Shown: one piece after another, positions 10,348-24,000 of the stretch
Layout of the letters: each line of letters starts with the position of its first letter
Position numbering within the stretch: position 1 is the first letter of the stretch
Notes under the pieces: model-generated
The model's input: only the letters and a program-made list of their open reading frames with translations
Database searches by the model: none
Told to the model about the DNA's origin: nothing
Translations under genes and position numbers: made by a program
Assembly: GCA_965637545.1 (NCBI GenBank)
Contig: OZ281495.1
Location: 14,818,001 to 14,882,000, forward strand
Origin: Phallusia mammillata
Taxonomy: Eukaryota
Length of the DNA: 64,000 bases
Direction: 5' to 3'

Positions 10348-12157
10348 ATGTCGGGTATGGCCAAGCAGGGTCGCGTTATTTACCAGACTGACCAATGCCT
10401 TATTTCGGCGGATGGAGACAGAACGCCCCGTATCGATGAGATGGAGGGCAGGGATGCGAAAACAATGAGAATTAACATTAAGATGGTGATCCGTTGTCCC
10501 AGCGCTTCCAATGACATTGAACCAGGCTTTGTAGCGCCACCAAGCAGTCCAGCGGAAAAATTATCCCCAGACACACAAAGGTAACCGATTTGTTCAATAC
10601 ACCTGCATTTTTATCGGTATTTGTTTAGCTGCTAAACTTTAGCACAATGTGGAATGTTTTTGCCCTTATTAAAAAAATAAACAATTGATATTGCGTTTTT
10701 AAAATGTTGTATTTATTTGAAAGTACAACAACATAGCGTATAACAGGATTCGTACAAAACGAGAATCGACTTTGCCCATTTCCATTTTTTCTATCAGAAG
10801 TCCGCCAACACTGGATGAAGCGAACTCCAAAACTTCATCTGACATTGTGCATTTTGAGCAAACAGACAAATATTCTACGATACGTGATGAACCACATGAC
10901 GGCCTGAGCTCTCACATTAAAACCCAGTCTGCACCTCCGGGCACGCGCGCAGCATTCGGAAAACCTTCTGAAAACAATGACCGCAGAACACTATCAACCA
11001 AAAGACCTCCTAACTACGTTTGGGGATTCACCCGGCAGCCCCGCAACAGTCTCGCCAGAAGCAAGGTTGTGGTACGCCCGTTTTCCGAGCGCCGTAGAAC
11101 GGCCGAAAACGTCTATTGCTTTACCTGTAGGCGTACATCAAACACCAGCAGACACTTATCAGGTGGCGGTCCTGAGATGGGATTCTTTAAGGGAAAACCC
11201 CCGTTAACGCCATTCACAAGACTCGGCTGCTATCGCTCGCAGTTGAAATCAACCTTTTTTAAGTTTCCTGGCCGTCCGGGGTCTAACGAAGATGCTGGTG
11301 AGTCAACACACGACAGTGACGGAGAAATTCCTCGACCACCTCACACTTCTCTACCTCCTCCAAGCGGCAGTTCTGGTAACTCGTATCGGAGAGGAAACTA
11401 CAAAGTAAAGCAAAGAACTGTGTCGGAAGTAATTGCCGAAAAGTTAAACTTAAAAGAAGACAACTCAAGCCAAGGTAATGTTGCATTCTTTAGCATATTA
11501 AAAAACAGCCGTTTGCAAACAATCTTTGCCGACCAGAATGTTTTTTGTTGCACCACAAAACATGGCGAAGCACAGTTGTAAACGGTCTTGAAATTGGAGC
11601 CCGAACCCGGTCCGAATCCGAATCCGGCCTGACTTACAACTCTGAACCGAAGCGGCAAATAAAATTAGATTGTAACGACGAGCAGTGTCACGATTAAACA
11701 GATAAAAAAATAAAAACAAAATTTGAATCGCTAACCGGCTATTGACTGTGCATGCCTTTTTAGAATCAATATGTCAAATTTCCCCTGTGCTTTCCTTGGT
11801 TTACAACTCCAACATTGTTTTTTAAACAGCAGAACCGTTGCCTCCGGATCCTGGAGAAAAAGGCATTGTAGAAAGTCGGGTCCCAAACGGCAAAGATTAT
11901 TCATATTTCTTTGTCAAGCGCAATGGACTGGTAAAAGGATGGGTTTCAAATGAACAAGCGAAGGTATTGATACTCTGTGTCAGATTCGTAATGAGCTATA
12001 AATTTAATCTATTGTGCTGATGTATGATAAATTAAAGCATTTATGCTTGAAGGACCAGTTTGTTTGTCTCCTACAGACGTTGGTTACTGCGGTCCTCCTT
12101 AATATTCCTCTTCTTTCCTGTATGATTATTCAGACCAGGGCTTCTGAATCATTTTAG
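10348..12157 (+). CDS. Uncharacterised, largely disordered S/P/R-rich protein (~374 aa); exons 10348-10580, 10798-11474, 11830-11963, 12077-12157 (last exon uncertain)
   Basis: Three separate ORFs in the track are joined in correct phase (2, 1, 0) by canonical GT-AG introns, including a 677-nt open exon. No domain recognised. An alternative last exon 12367-12402 is followed by AATAAA at 12408. Confidence 0.7.
11571..11644. mobile_element. Tiny degenerate hAT-like MITE relic in intron
   Basis: TIRs CACAGTTGTAA / TTACAACTCTG (1 mismatch), internal CCGAAY repeats, flanks TGGCGAAG / AACCGAAG (5/8). Confidence 0.5.
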
Positions 12158-12325
12158 CTCACGACCCCCCCCCCCCCAACGTATCAAAAACTTTCGCGAG
12201 CTGCTATAGCATGACGGGTGTGTGGGTGGCGAGTGAAATCTGAAATTATGATTGTACTGTGTTCAACATTTACGACCCGCTGCACTTACTGAAAAAGAAC
12301 GACTTGGTGGACAGAAACCGCACTA
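12135..12325. mobile_element. Degenerate hAT/Charlie-like MITE relic with C13 run (12165-12177)
   Basis: The start CCAGGGCTTCTGAATCATTTT and internal CGACCC motifs resemble Charlie-type ends. The right TIR and TSD are not cleanly recoverable. Confidence 0.3.
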
Positions 12326-12626
12326 ATAATACGGCTGTAAAAATGTTGTGCACTTGATGTCCTCAGCACGTACTTTGTTTGCTTTGGTTATACGGCTTGT
12401 AAACCACAATAAAACTGCGATTTGGCAAACCAAACAAAAATATTTAAAACAAGAACATCTAAAACAAATCTAAAATTCGTTTAAGAGCTTCAGTGGACCT
12501 TAAACTTTGAAATGGTTGTCTAGGAAACGAAGTCAAGCACAGAACCAACAAACAGTATTATAAACTCCACCAGCGTTGAAAACAAACCTCTACCGCCTTT
12601 CCGAAGAAATCTACAGTCAAATCGTG

Positions 12627-12645
12627 TACCCGCTAGATGGCGTGC
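12627..12645 (+). promoter_or_regulatory. CTCF-like motif, forward
   Basis: CCGCTAGATGGCG (12630-12642) matches the core CC(A/G)(C/G)(C/T)AG(A/G)(T/G)GGC(A/G). Confidence 0.5.
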
Positions 12646-14239
12646 GTTCACCACCACGTCTTCGCAATTTCGTCGACAGGAAAGTCGAAACACTGACGTA
12701 GCAACTGAAAATAAACGTTATTTGCCGAAGAGAGTAACTCTCACGCCCTTTCAGAAGCGCAGATATTGCATTTGATGCCACAATATGTTTGTTGTGTCGA
12801 CGTTCATGGTGTGCATGTTGCAACTACCATCTGGTCGACACCGTAAACTGAAGAGACCAAACTTTGTGTTGGATTTAGACACAAACAAGAGATGCTGGTC
12901 AAGACTCACATTTGAAATTTGATGATAAGCTTTTTTGGAAACTCACCTAAATTCTGACCATATCTAATTGTGTTACATTTTCAAAGCGTTGTTTCGAGAT
13001 GTACTTTGTGCATTGCGATAAACTGAGCGCTATTTTAATACATGAATGTTTGTTTTTTAAATGCATGTTGGAATTAACAACGTTTGTGTTGTAAAATGAT
13101 TGAATGTTGAAGTTTTCCAGTAACCAATTACCTTGAAACAACCGGAAAAGTAGGCGCTTTGTTATCACCAGTTTATCGTAAACTGCCATCTCCCGCCTGG
13201 AGTTCATACAACCGCTTATGACATCTTAACCCGCCACATAGCGTAACGGGGTTCAAGCGAGGAGGATAACGTTGGCGAAAGACGGAATTACCTGGTGTCA
13301 CCTGTGCAGTCTAATCCTCGACCTGTTAGCAGCAACTGACATTGCGCTTTTATTTAGCTCTTTTAACAAGATACCTGAAGTGAGCATTAGTTTCAAGGGA
13401 GCCGCATATGGTACGCTTGGGCTTTTTGTTAGCTGAGATGGTGTTTGTAGTTTGAGCACTTGAACTTGGCTCCTTTGCTTGACATCAAGTCGATGAGCCA
13501 ATTCCTGTTCTCCGACATAACTACAAAGGAAACGTACGTTCTACCGACTTGGGAAGTGGCGCCTTTAGGTTGGATTTATTTGCGAAGAAGATTCTACTTG
13601 AACCTTTACCTGAAATTTAGTTAGGGAAGGCCACGTTTTTCCGCATGTGACAACATTCATAAATGTATTGCCAGAAGTGTATCAGGATTTAAAAAGTAGG
13701 TAAACTAAAATGTTAATGCGTTTCTCAACTTTTTTGTATTTTTAATGTAACACAACTTTATCTGCTTACCTCGAACATTTTTCTTATTGTGATTGTTTTG
13801 GTAAAACCGAAGCAAAAAAACAGTGGATCGTCAACTATCCTTATCCACAGTGTTTGTTTTATGCCTGTGAAAACATAAATGCCCCGCACAGAAAAAGGTG
13901 GGACAATCCACCGCCCACAAACGGCAAATCGCCCAAGCGCCAACAAAACAATTCTTTATTGCCACAAAAAACAAGGCCTTGCTTTAAGCGGCAGACGAGA
14001 TGTCTATTAGCGGTGCGCCGTCGATAAAAGGGGATCTAAGCAGACTCCAAAGTGGCGCTGACAGGTATGTGTGCGGGAAAGACGTGCTGTTGAAAAAGGT
14101 AAACGCGTTCAACGCCAAGACGCCACATCACATATAGACGCACAAGGGCATTGAGAACCTGAGAAAACATTCAGGAGTGAAGATGATCAATAGCTCGGTA
14201 AACAGTAGCTGACGCGACGACACGCTAATGGCCCCCCCA

Positions 14240-14490
14240 TAATGTCCCTGTTTAGGCGGCGTGTGACGTCACAGCCCCGCGTTGTCGTATGTCGCTTGTT
14301 GGGTCGCGCGAAAAGTGTCGCGAATTCAAAGCGCCCGATGTCACTCAAGGGACGGTTGAGCGGGACACAATGGCCCAATCGGTTCCGGGTTGCCGAGCCC
14401 CAACGCCCAACGCGGGTGACCTATTATAAGGCGTTGAATCGTTGCTGTGCGACAACTGGGCAGCAGGTAGCGGCCATTTTGATGGTGAAA
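14240..14490. promoter_or_regulatory. CpG-rich promoter-like module
   Basis: TGTGACGTCACA palindrome (14262-14273), CCAAT (14375-14379), TATTATAA (14422-14429) and YY1-type GCGGCCATTTTG (14470-14481). I count 26 CpG in 14221-14460. Confidence 0.45.
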
Positions 14491-16945
14491 CTGTTGTGAG
14501 AAAAAAGTTTTTAGAATTAAAAACATAAATTCTTATAAACCTAATAATTCAAAACTTGACAATTTCCTTACATGTATTGCTGCGTATCGTTATGGATAAA
14601 TGAAAATAAGCCTTAGTGCCAGACTATGTAAATTTAAATATATTTCTCAATCTATAAATCGTATCTTTCAAGCATTTTTTGAACACAGTAAATTCAACGA
14701 AATTCAAAAGGGAAAATTTTGACCATGCTTTTTACGTTTCACTTTTGGGCTTAAAATGAACAGTGGCAACAAACGGAGCTTAGCGAAAACCATGGTACGA
14801 TAACAGATCAGATTAGCACAAGTTTTATCATTCAAGATACAAGGTTCACTGGACACGTAACAATAAAGCCACGGTATGAGCCGCAAAATAGAAACAGACC
14901 AAACGGACTTTGCCAAAAACAAACCAAAGTAAAAAAGCTTCGGGATCGAGCCGCGCCGCGTAAAACGGCGCCCTGTCAATCAACCTTGACTCTGCCCTCG
15001 CCCGTCGCTGCGCTATTTGCATGACTTATCAACTTTTCATGGGAATTGATTTCGAAGCGCCTCCGCAGTGTGTGCGCGGTCCCCATTCGAGCCCCAGAAA
15101 CGTGATGGTCATGGGGGTGACGCGGCGACCCACACCTCATCGCCAAGTTCAAAACTGGGCCGATTAACACAGACAAGACTGAGTGCTTACGGGTTTGGGG
15201 TAAAAACTGTTTACAGATGGAGATTAATTTCGCTTTTAAATGCCCAAGCATATGCCGCATTTTGGTGTGTTCAAATATTGATCAACGGTGAGGCCAAATT
15301 TGAAACTTTAACTTTCCGCATCGATTGGTACAATTCTGCATGATATACTGTATCACATTGGAATCTTTGCATTACGGCGTTCACTTATCGCAAAACCCAT
15401 TTCGCCGCCTTTAATTCAAGCAACTTAAGCTTCGAATCGTGGTCCTGCGGTGACTGGGTGAGGTCCACCGTAAACAACCATTTAATGATGGAAGCTTTCC
15501 CATGGCCCCAGCCCAACAATCATGACCCCGCTCGCAAGTTGTCAGAACCCCTAATGCGTCCGCTTCCTTTCCGGATACGTCCGTCCTATAGCAGTTCTAT
15601 TCCCCCATGGACGACTGCAGTTTCAAATCAGCGACCCTAACGGTGCATTGTAAGCAGCTGAGCCCGGAAGAACCGCAATAGGAAACAACCACTCAAACGT
15701 AGCTTAAATTAGATCGACAAGTGATCCCGTTTGATGTCACGGTCAAGTGGTAAAGAGACGACTTAACCAATCAGCGCTCAGGGTGGAACACAAACTAAAG
15801 TCTTTGCGTCATTACAATTGGGACAGAGTAGATGCTTAATGCAAAAGCGGAATCGAAATCTGGGTTCGTGTTTTTAGCGCTTTTTTGTTTGATCAGTATG
15901 TTTTGTTTTGATTGGAAATGGCGAAGCTCTTTGATGGGTAACAGATCCCACGCGAAACGACAGGCTTTGTTAAGACATGCACCTGCCCGCGTTAAAATAA
16001 ACTTCAGATTGAATGTCACAATGAGAAATAACGGAAATGCGCTTTTACGATGAGATGCGTTTCAAGTTGTTTATTTGTTGTGGCACAAAACGGAAAATTT
16101 TGTGTTGCAATTGGCAGTACAAAAAATAGAAACATTTGTAATATTGCACGTTTAACCTAAATAAAGTAGACATGGTATGGCACAAAATGAACATATTCTT
16201 TTTGTGAACTTGCTGTGTAGTGATGTCAGGGATTAATATTAACAAATACTTAAAAGTACAGAAACAGTCCACTAATTTGCTACGGACTTCTCGGTGCCCT
16301 CGTTACTCACTCTTGACTTTTGTGCTGTACACAGTGCTTGTGCGGTGTTGTTGTCCAAAACAAGCGAAAATGAAGACCCTCAAATTACGCTGGACCGAAA
16401 TTTTTCGACACAGATTTGCGTGCCAGTATGGCCTCGAACTTGCTTGCTGATGTCGTTAAACCTGGCGGTGTGTGGCCGCCATCAGGTATCATGTTCCCGA
16501 GACCCACCGACCGTCGCGCAGCTGCAGGCAATAAGCGGCATTGAATAAACAGAGATGGGTTAACTAGGCTTCTCCTCCGGGCAAGAATGTCGTAATTAAC
16601 TGTTGTGGTGGTTTTAAAACCCCAAAGCTTCTGTGTTCAGCCTAGCAATTTTGTACGTGGAAACTTTGTACTCTCCCTGGCTCTTGTTTGTTGCACGCAA
16701 CAGGTTGTCCGCGCACCAAGTTCAAGTACAGGCACACAGTAATTTAGCGAGTAAATAATGTCATTGCTATATCAAAAGATGCTAGGCTATGGCGACCACC
16801 TCTTCAACGACTTTACCAAGTGAAGCATGCAAGTCCCACTCAGGGCGGCAAAAAGTAAGTCAAGCGCTTAATAGACTTGCCTGGGGCTTGGGGCTCTATG
16901 CGACCGCAGACTTGTAACCGGACACCTTGCATTCCGTAGCGTCAA

Positions 16946-16958
16946 TCACCTTTGACCT
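16946..16958 (-). promoter_or_regulatory. DR1 nuclear receptor element (COUP-TF/HNF4/RXR type)
   Basis: TCACCTTTGACCT reads AGGTCA-A-AGGTGA on the - strand. Confidence 0.4.
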
Positions 16959-17689
16959 GTAGGCCAGGAAAAACAAAAGCACCAGTCCGCCCTGTCCGGA
17001 TGCAAGAAGGCAGGCTGAAGAGACTTATCGCTTGGTCACCACAGTAGGATCAAGTTCAAATGCTATTCACCGATACCGACCTAAAGACACGTTTTTGTCA
17101 CAAATTTTTCAACAGCTGTCATTAGCGGGAGTTTTTTGTCTTTCTTATGTGACCGTAACAAATGAGCATTAACATATATTTCCCACACTCAATGTGCATC
17201 ATGATTATTCATGATACTTTCATTATAAATTACATTATGATACGTAATGTTAGCAACACCTTTACAAGAACATATTTTGGTGGCCTCCATTACCACGATT
17301 CTAAACAAGATGCTTGACCAGTACATCGGTCATAAAGCTGCATGGTCATTATCTCCAGACGGCCAGGCGGCACAGGTCAGACGAATGCCTGCACGAACTG
17401 GACAACGGCACAGGTCAAGTCCATGCAGTGGCGCTGACAGGCAGCCAGCCAAAAAGTCGCCATCCGTCAGAAATGTGATACCAGCAAGGATCGGAAATGC
17501 ACACCAATTACCTGTTGCCGCTGAAGGCAGGTCAATACAGACGGCCATTGCGTTACAAATTGTATTCATTCTTTACAACTTAGCAGTTAAGGAGAACCTA
17601 GTCCTGACTGACCCAAGTTATTTGACCACACATCAACTAATTTAATCCGATGTACAACTAAAATGAGCCTGCATGTCGTCATGCTATAG

Positions 17690-18091
17690 CAGTGGTTCTC
17701 AAACTTTCTCATTATTTTTTCCAAACACCATTATATTGAGGGCTCGCGGTCCTTAGCTGAAATGAGTTTTTTTAGCAAAACGAAAGTTGATTTGCAGAAT
17801 TTTAGCCGGTAATTTCGCATAACATTGATCCAAAAACAGTTTGTGACATCACAAACAAGATAAAAAACATTACGATTGTGCGCGAACAATTTCTTTTTTG
17901 TCAGTTGTCACGCAATAAAGGTTATTGTTTAGCAATCGAAATAGTCGATCTTCCATTTTACTTATACTTACACTTATTCAGTGGCACAAACTGACGCCCA
18001 ATAAGATTATAGAATTACTTTAACCTTTCCGCGGTCTCCGCAAAATTGCTTTATGGACCCCTAAAGGACCGCGGACCCCAGAGAACCCATG
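17690..18091. mobile_element. hAT (Charlie-like) MITE, 402 bp
   Basis: Left end CAGTGGTTCTCAAAC, right end GAGAACCCATG, subterminal GCGGTCC/GGACCGC motifs. 8-bp TSD TGCTATAG (17682-17689) / CGCTATAG (18092-18099). Confidence 0.8.
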
Positions 18092-21000
18092 CGCTATAGG
18101 CTTGTAAGGCATCGTTTAAGAACTCAGTAATAATGTTTTTTATACTGTATACTGCTCCTGTGAATTCTGAGCCCAGTAGCTGTAAACATTTTCTCCTTTC
18201 GAAAAATCCGATCATCATCTGGTCTTACCGCAGAAACCAGAAAACGAGAAACATATACACCCAGCTGAATCCAAGTAGATCAACGAGAACGCATAATAAC
18301 TTGATCCAAGGAGCCAGCTGATAAAGAACCATGCCTAAGCAGTCCTCTCTATTGGCGCCACTACAAAACAAGAGATAAGTGCTTGTAACTGTAAACGCTG
18401 AACATGAAAAGAAACGGAATCGGCCAAAAAGCTACGTTTTTCAAGTTAAAACTTTGATTTGATACAGGTTGGAATTTTGTTGATATGTGATCGTTAAACA
18501 GTATTTAGTTCGTTGAACTTCCCTTTCCCCTGTACTATGAATGCTTTATGTGTGTTTCAAATTTTTTTCGCAAATTTTCGTTTTGCGACATACTGTTTTG
18601 CGCATACAACCTACTTTCCAAATGACACATTTTCCAATTACATGTATTTCTGTGGTGTCATTTTGAACGAAAGGTACTGGGCACACTTGCGGGGCACTTA
18701 AAACCTAAGACATGAAATTTTGAACTTGGGGGCTTCTTGAAAACGATCTTAAGTGCTATTGTAGTGTCGACTCGCACTTAGGCGCGTGTCTTGAACGAGA
18801 TTAGGTCTCAGCATTTCTATGCAGCCACATCCAAATTTAACCGACAGGCATTGTGACGTAACAATGGTACAAGTAGAACTATTTGTTGCTACGTTGAAGG
18901 TTGCTGGTTTTGTGATGTTTCACTTTAAACCTTAAACAAGGCAGCAATGACAGTGTGAAGTGACATGTAGCATACGAACTGGGTAGTTGTTAGGGAAAGT
19001 TAGCTGCTGTTTAATTACAATCCTGAGAGGAATGAATGGACGCAATAAAGGTATTGCTTTTGGTAATGTTAAAAAACGTTTTGAAGCATTTTTGATGCGC
19101 CTCATTTGCGATTCCACGAAGTGGAGTTTTTATGGGTGGCTGCGCTTAAACAGTTTTGAAGGAACAACAGAATATATTTTAACCGAGTTTTTTTCTTTTA
19201 AAAAATGCGACAGAATTGTTCTAACTCTAACACTCGTCTCTCTTGAGTGTGTTTTTACTGTTTTCCTGTGTTTTACGACATGAAGAGTACGGCTTTAACT
19301 TTTAAATCTATTAATTACACAATTATCTGTAAAATAGTTTAACTGTAATACGCACAATATGAAATAGGAGTAATAGTACAAGAGCGCGTACAAGGCATAC
19401 GTTTTTAAACCTAGGTTTGTTAGGTCTAAATGTTATTTCTAAACACATTTGTTATTTCTGAACACAAACACTTTTGCTTTGACTTTTGGACATAGGCTAT
19501 GGTTTCAAAATATTTCTCCAAAAATAAAATTTCTCCATAAATAGACTTTCATTTTAAAAATAAACTCGGTGTTAAAAGATAACAAAGATGCAGAGTCAAC
19601 AGGCGATTGTTGCAAAGATTTAAACCACACATCCCCTTAAATTGTGCTACATGCTCGTTACAGGAGTTACGCTGTTTTTTTATGGGTCACGTCCAAACAT
19701 ACATTGCCTCCACTCAAAGGATATTCATACCGCAAGTTTTAGGCGGTCGGATATTGCCTAAAAATAACTCAAATTTTTGGCAGTTGAGTAAGAGACAATA
19801 ATTGCATGTAAGCATTGCTGTCACAACAAGCCACTTAGCTGGTCATTTTGTCCATACCCCAGCGTGGACACCTGTTGTTTTTTCGCACATGAAGTGATGG
19901 TTTTGATGGGCAGAAGTTTTGTAACAACAGTTTGCAAGGCGCCAGTAAAGGTAAGCGAGGAGCGAGAGCTATTTTTAGCAACGCAACTCCCGATCCGACT
20001 GCTGTTTGGCAAATTAAGTCCCGTGCAAATAAACAAGCTACATGCTCGCGTGCCCAAGCTTGATTGAGGCTTATCAGCGGGAAGTAACCTTGCAAAAACT
20101 TGCCGCCCGACGACCTTTTCACCTTTTCTGGGATGCTGCTTTCTCACGCACAATACAGCGTGGTACTTGCACAATGCCGCCCAAGGTAAATGTCAACGGC
20201 GCATTGAGATTTTTGCACTTCGGTTAAAGGTATGCGGCAAAAGGAATTTGTACATCGAGAAAGCTGTCTGCCAGATAAAACACGCGTTTTTGTGAACAAT
20301 AATACAACTACGATTTTTGCGATGGCTCAATTGAAGATGAAGTTGCTAAACGTAACATCGTTTTATTAAAAAAATGTTTTACGAAATTGCTGTAAAATTA
20401 ACAAAACAAAAGCATAGCAAATCGGGGTTCAATTTGTAAAACACTTGAAACAAATAAATTTTGATTTTTTAATAAAAAATATTTCTAAAACTAGTCATTT
20501 TTTGTGCCGTACAGATATTACTACAACTTTTCAGGGGAGTTGCGCTACTGAAGTACCCTGCGTTGATTACTAAAAATATAAAAAAATAGCAGCGATTTTA
20601 TTTTGATTTAATCTGAGCGCTGCATACTTCCACCTTTATTTCTCTTTACATCCATCCAGTTGCGAACAAAAGTCAATCTTGAGGTTCTTGTCAAAATATT
20701 TGTTTTGTGAAACGCCAAGCTGCATGGCTTTGACCTAAAACCCAGTAAGTGACATATTTTGCAATGTCGCCCTTTGCTGGATGAAAGACGAAAATGATCG
20801 CTTTACATAAGGTGTATTTGGATTTTGTGCCACCGATAACATATAAAAGGTTATAAGATGCAAAAACAACACTCCTGCGTTTTACATAAAAATATCCAAA
20901 TGCAGCCACAGATGTTCAAACAAAAATGCATTGTTTTTGAAATGGGTATACTATTTGGGATTAATAAAAACGATACATCAACTAATAAAACCAATGCAAT

Positions 21001-24000
21001 GAACCGAAGATCATGTAGATTTCCAAGAACTGCAGAGCCGAGAAACCATAAAAGTTATCAAAATTGAATCAAGTTGTAGGAATTGATTTGTAAGCTGTAA
21101 CTGGGACAAAACCTCCGACCCGTTAAAGTGATTTTCGTTTAAGCCCAAACCAATCCCCGATGCATTGTCGATAGATCGAAGGTTGACGCCTGAAATCGGT
21201 CATTGTGTTGGTGCTGATCAGTCGCCGATACATGCTATGTGGCATTTGAGGTTACGGCAACAAGCCGCTCAGTTGTCTTGCTATTGAGCGCGTTACGTTT
21301 TATCGCGATGAACTAATGGCAAAGCACAGTTGGGTGGCAAACTGGTGCAAACCGAAAAGCGCATTAGGCGTCGATAACCAACAGTTGCCAATTGCTTGTA
21401 AGCGATCTTCATCGGATCCGCGCCAGTAAAAAGGCGTTAAAATCACGACAGGCGACAGTTGCACTTTTAATTCGCATCACGCCCATCACCTCCTCACCCG
21501 ACGACATTAACATGTCGCGACCAGTCCCCTATGTTCCTTAATCATTGCCTTCGATGCTCCGCAGTGCAGTTAATAATTCAGGAGAGTGCCTGTTTGATAA
21601 ATGATCTGACTCGCCACAAAAACACGGTAGTCGTTAAGTTAAAGGCAGAAATTCGGACTTTTCTGACACCTAGAAACCCGACTTTTAATACCTCACGATG
21701 TTTGGATATTCCTGTTGTCAAAATTCACTTTTGGAGTGCTCCATTTTACTCATCGCAATGTGTTTTAGTCGGACAGAAATCAATGCTGTTTTGAACTGTT
21801 TTGAAATCAGTAGCACCTTGTTGACAACTTGAGCATTTTAGCGTCAGTGTGGGGTGAGATGGAGGCTTAGTGACTAATTACTTGGCTGAAATAGACCATT
21901 TCGTTTGGAGACAACAATGGCATTTTGAAAAAAAAAACGCAATAATAAAACTGTTTAAAACCTGAGTTGGTAATTCAAACGTGAAATAAACTAACTAAAG
22001 TAAAATTTCCGATTTGGTATTTTTTGACTAAAATCAGCAAAAAAATAATTTACAAATATACCAATAACGCAAAACTATTATAGTTTTTTTATGTGCCTTT
22101 TATTCCTTTTTTGTGGAAGGAGAATTTTTTTTCACAAACCCCTGAATAACTGTGTGGGCCTGCAAAAACACGTAGACATACACACGCACCAGCATGATAG
22201 TATAATGAATAAAATAGGGACACAAATATTTTTGGGTTTCTATATAAACGTGTATTACACAAACACATTTATGGCGATGTTCATTTCATGTTATAATTTT
22301 GCCTAGTCGATCACGCTGACAGACTGCTAGAAATTGTCCGTTTGTACTCCATCATAACAGATAGGCAAAAAAATCGTTTTGTAAATTCATGTTGAACTTG
22401 AGTTTTATTTTTTACATTTTTTTCCTTTAGGCTTAACAAAGAAAAGCTTGCGTGCAGATCATGTAGCATATGTGCAAAATTTGTACTCTAATAAGTCAAA
22501 CCTGATAACTCTGAACCGAAGGTCAAATCCTATGCGAATTGAAATCTGTGACATTTAGGCGAAATTTGCCTGAATCTGATTTTGAGTCGTTTGTCAAACT
22601 CAGCTGTTGATCTGTTGCAACCGATAACGTTCGAAGTGTGTTGAAGCGGTAAAACACTGGGGTTTACTAATGACTGAACCTGGCATGTAAGTTTGCTTTA
22701 CAAATTTGGTACATGTGCAAACGCACAAATGTTAAGACAATATGAAAAAATTAACGCAGATAATTTATGTATTCCAAACAAAAATTAGTAACAAATTTAT
22801 CGGTAATATATCTGGCCATGCGCCAACTTTTTTTAGAACATAACTGTTGCGTTATTGTTTCGTGATTCATGATTCATTTAAGTTCAAAAGTAGCTCGCCA
22901 CAACTGCTGTTTGCATTGTATTATAGGTAACGAACATTTTGCAGCATCTTGTGGAAACACTGACATGCGTTAAACAAACACCAACTTTTCTTGAAACTTA
23001 AAGATGGAAGCCCTGTTATTTTCGTACCAAAGATTTAGTTGTTGTTTTTTTATTGTAAAGCCACTAAAGCCTCGGTCAGATTCTGACACGTTTTCGTCGT
23101 GATTTCAATTGCAGTCGATCAGAAACACCAGTGGTTTCAATTTTTTCTCTTTTTAAATCGATCCCAATAGTTTTTTCGAGTGTAAGAGGGTTGACATTTG
23201 CCTATTGCTGGCCAGCATAAAAAAGAAATAAGGCGACGACCCAATGGGATATTTATTAAAACATACAAGTTTATGGTGCCACAATCTGTTGCCGATATAG
23301 AACAGAAGGAATCCTCCACAAGACTTTAGGTCATCAAGATCTGATATTCCGACAGCTAAAAATGACACTCAATTTGTTTGTTATTCGACAAATAAACGAT
23401 AACATCAAAGAAATACGTGGCAGTTAGCGTAACCAAATCATCTATTGACTCAGCTATAACCGTTGTCAGTGTCGCGATTTTCATGCCTATCGTCAACCAT
23501 AAAGACACATTTACCAAACCAGTTTATTTTGAATGTGATTCATGGGCACTGAGCGTTCAGACAACCTGCCAGTCACAACAACTTTCGTGCCAGGCTATTA
23601 TTATACATATATATTAGACTATGATGGACAAGGTGTTCCCGGCTACCAGTTGCTTGTTAAAGTTATGCCAATGCTACACAATCATTAGTGAGATTTGCCG
23701 GACAGGTCGTTACAAGTGCCACAGCAAAGGCTCGGCTTTTTCGACTAGCGCATCGTTTGCTACTCGAGCGCCTCTTCGGTCGGCCCCAGGTCGCTTGTCA
23801 CGCGACGGCGTTTCTTTGCAGAAAGAAGAAGCGCCCAGCGGTTAGAAGTGCAATGCGATGGCGAGCAGACAAACTTGGGCCGCACACCGTCAGGCATGCA
23901 CTTGAGCGTCAACCGAACGGAACTGGTCGAGCGCAGCTGAAGCGTCCAGACTCGAGTTCGCGCATACTCGCCCGGCCGCCTCTTGCGTTTAGCCAGATAA

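Noticed and set aside
14051-17441. Exact 15-mer AGTGGCGCTGACAGG at 14051 and 17427
   Set aside because: A few 15-mer matches are expected by chance in 64 kb and the flanks do not extend.
17247-17645. 132-aa ORF, and similar 100-135-aa ORFs at 19821, 23688, 24854, 26792, 30412, 41180, 44933 and 48748
   Set aside because: No recognisable domains or splice chains. They overlap other-frame ORFs in GC-rich regulatory blocks where stops are scarce.
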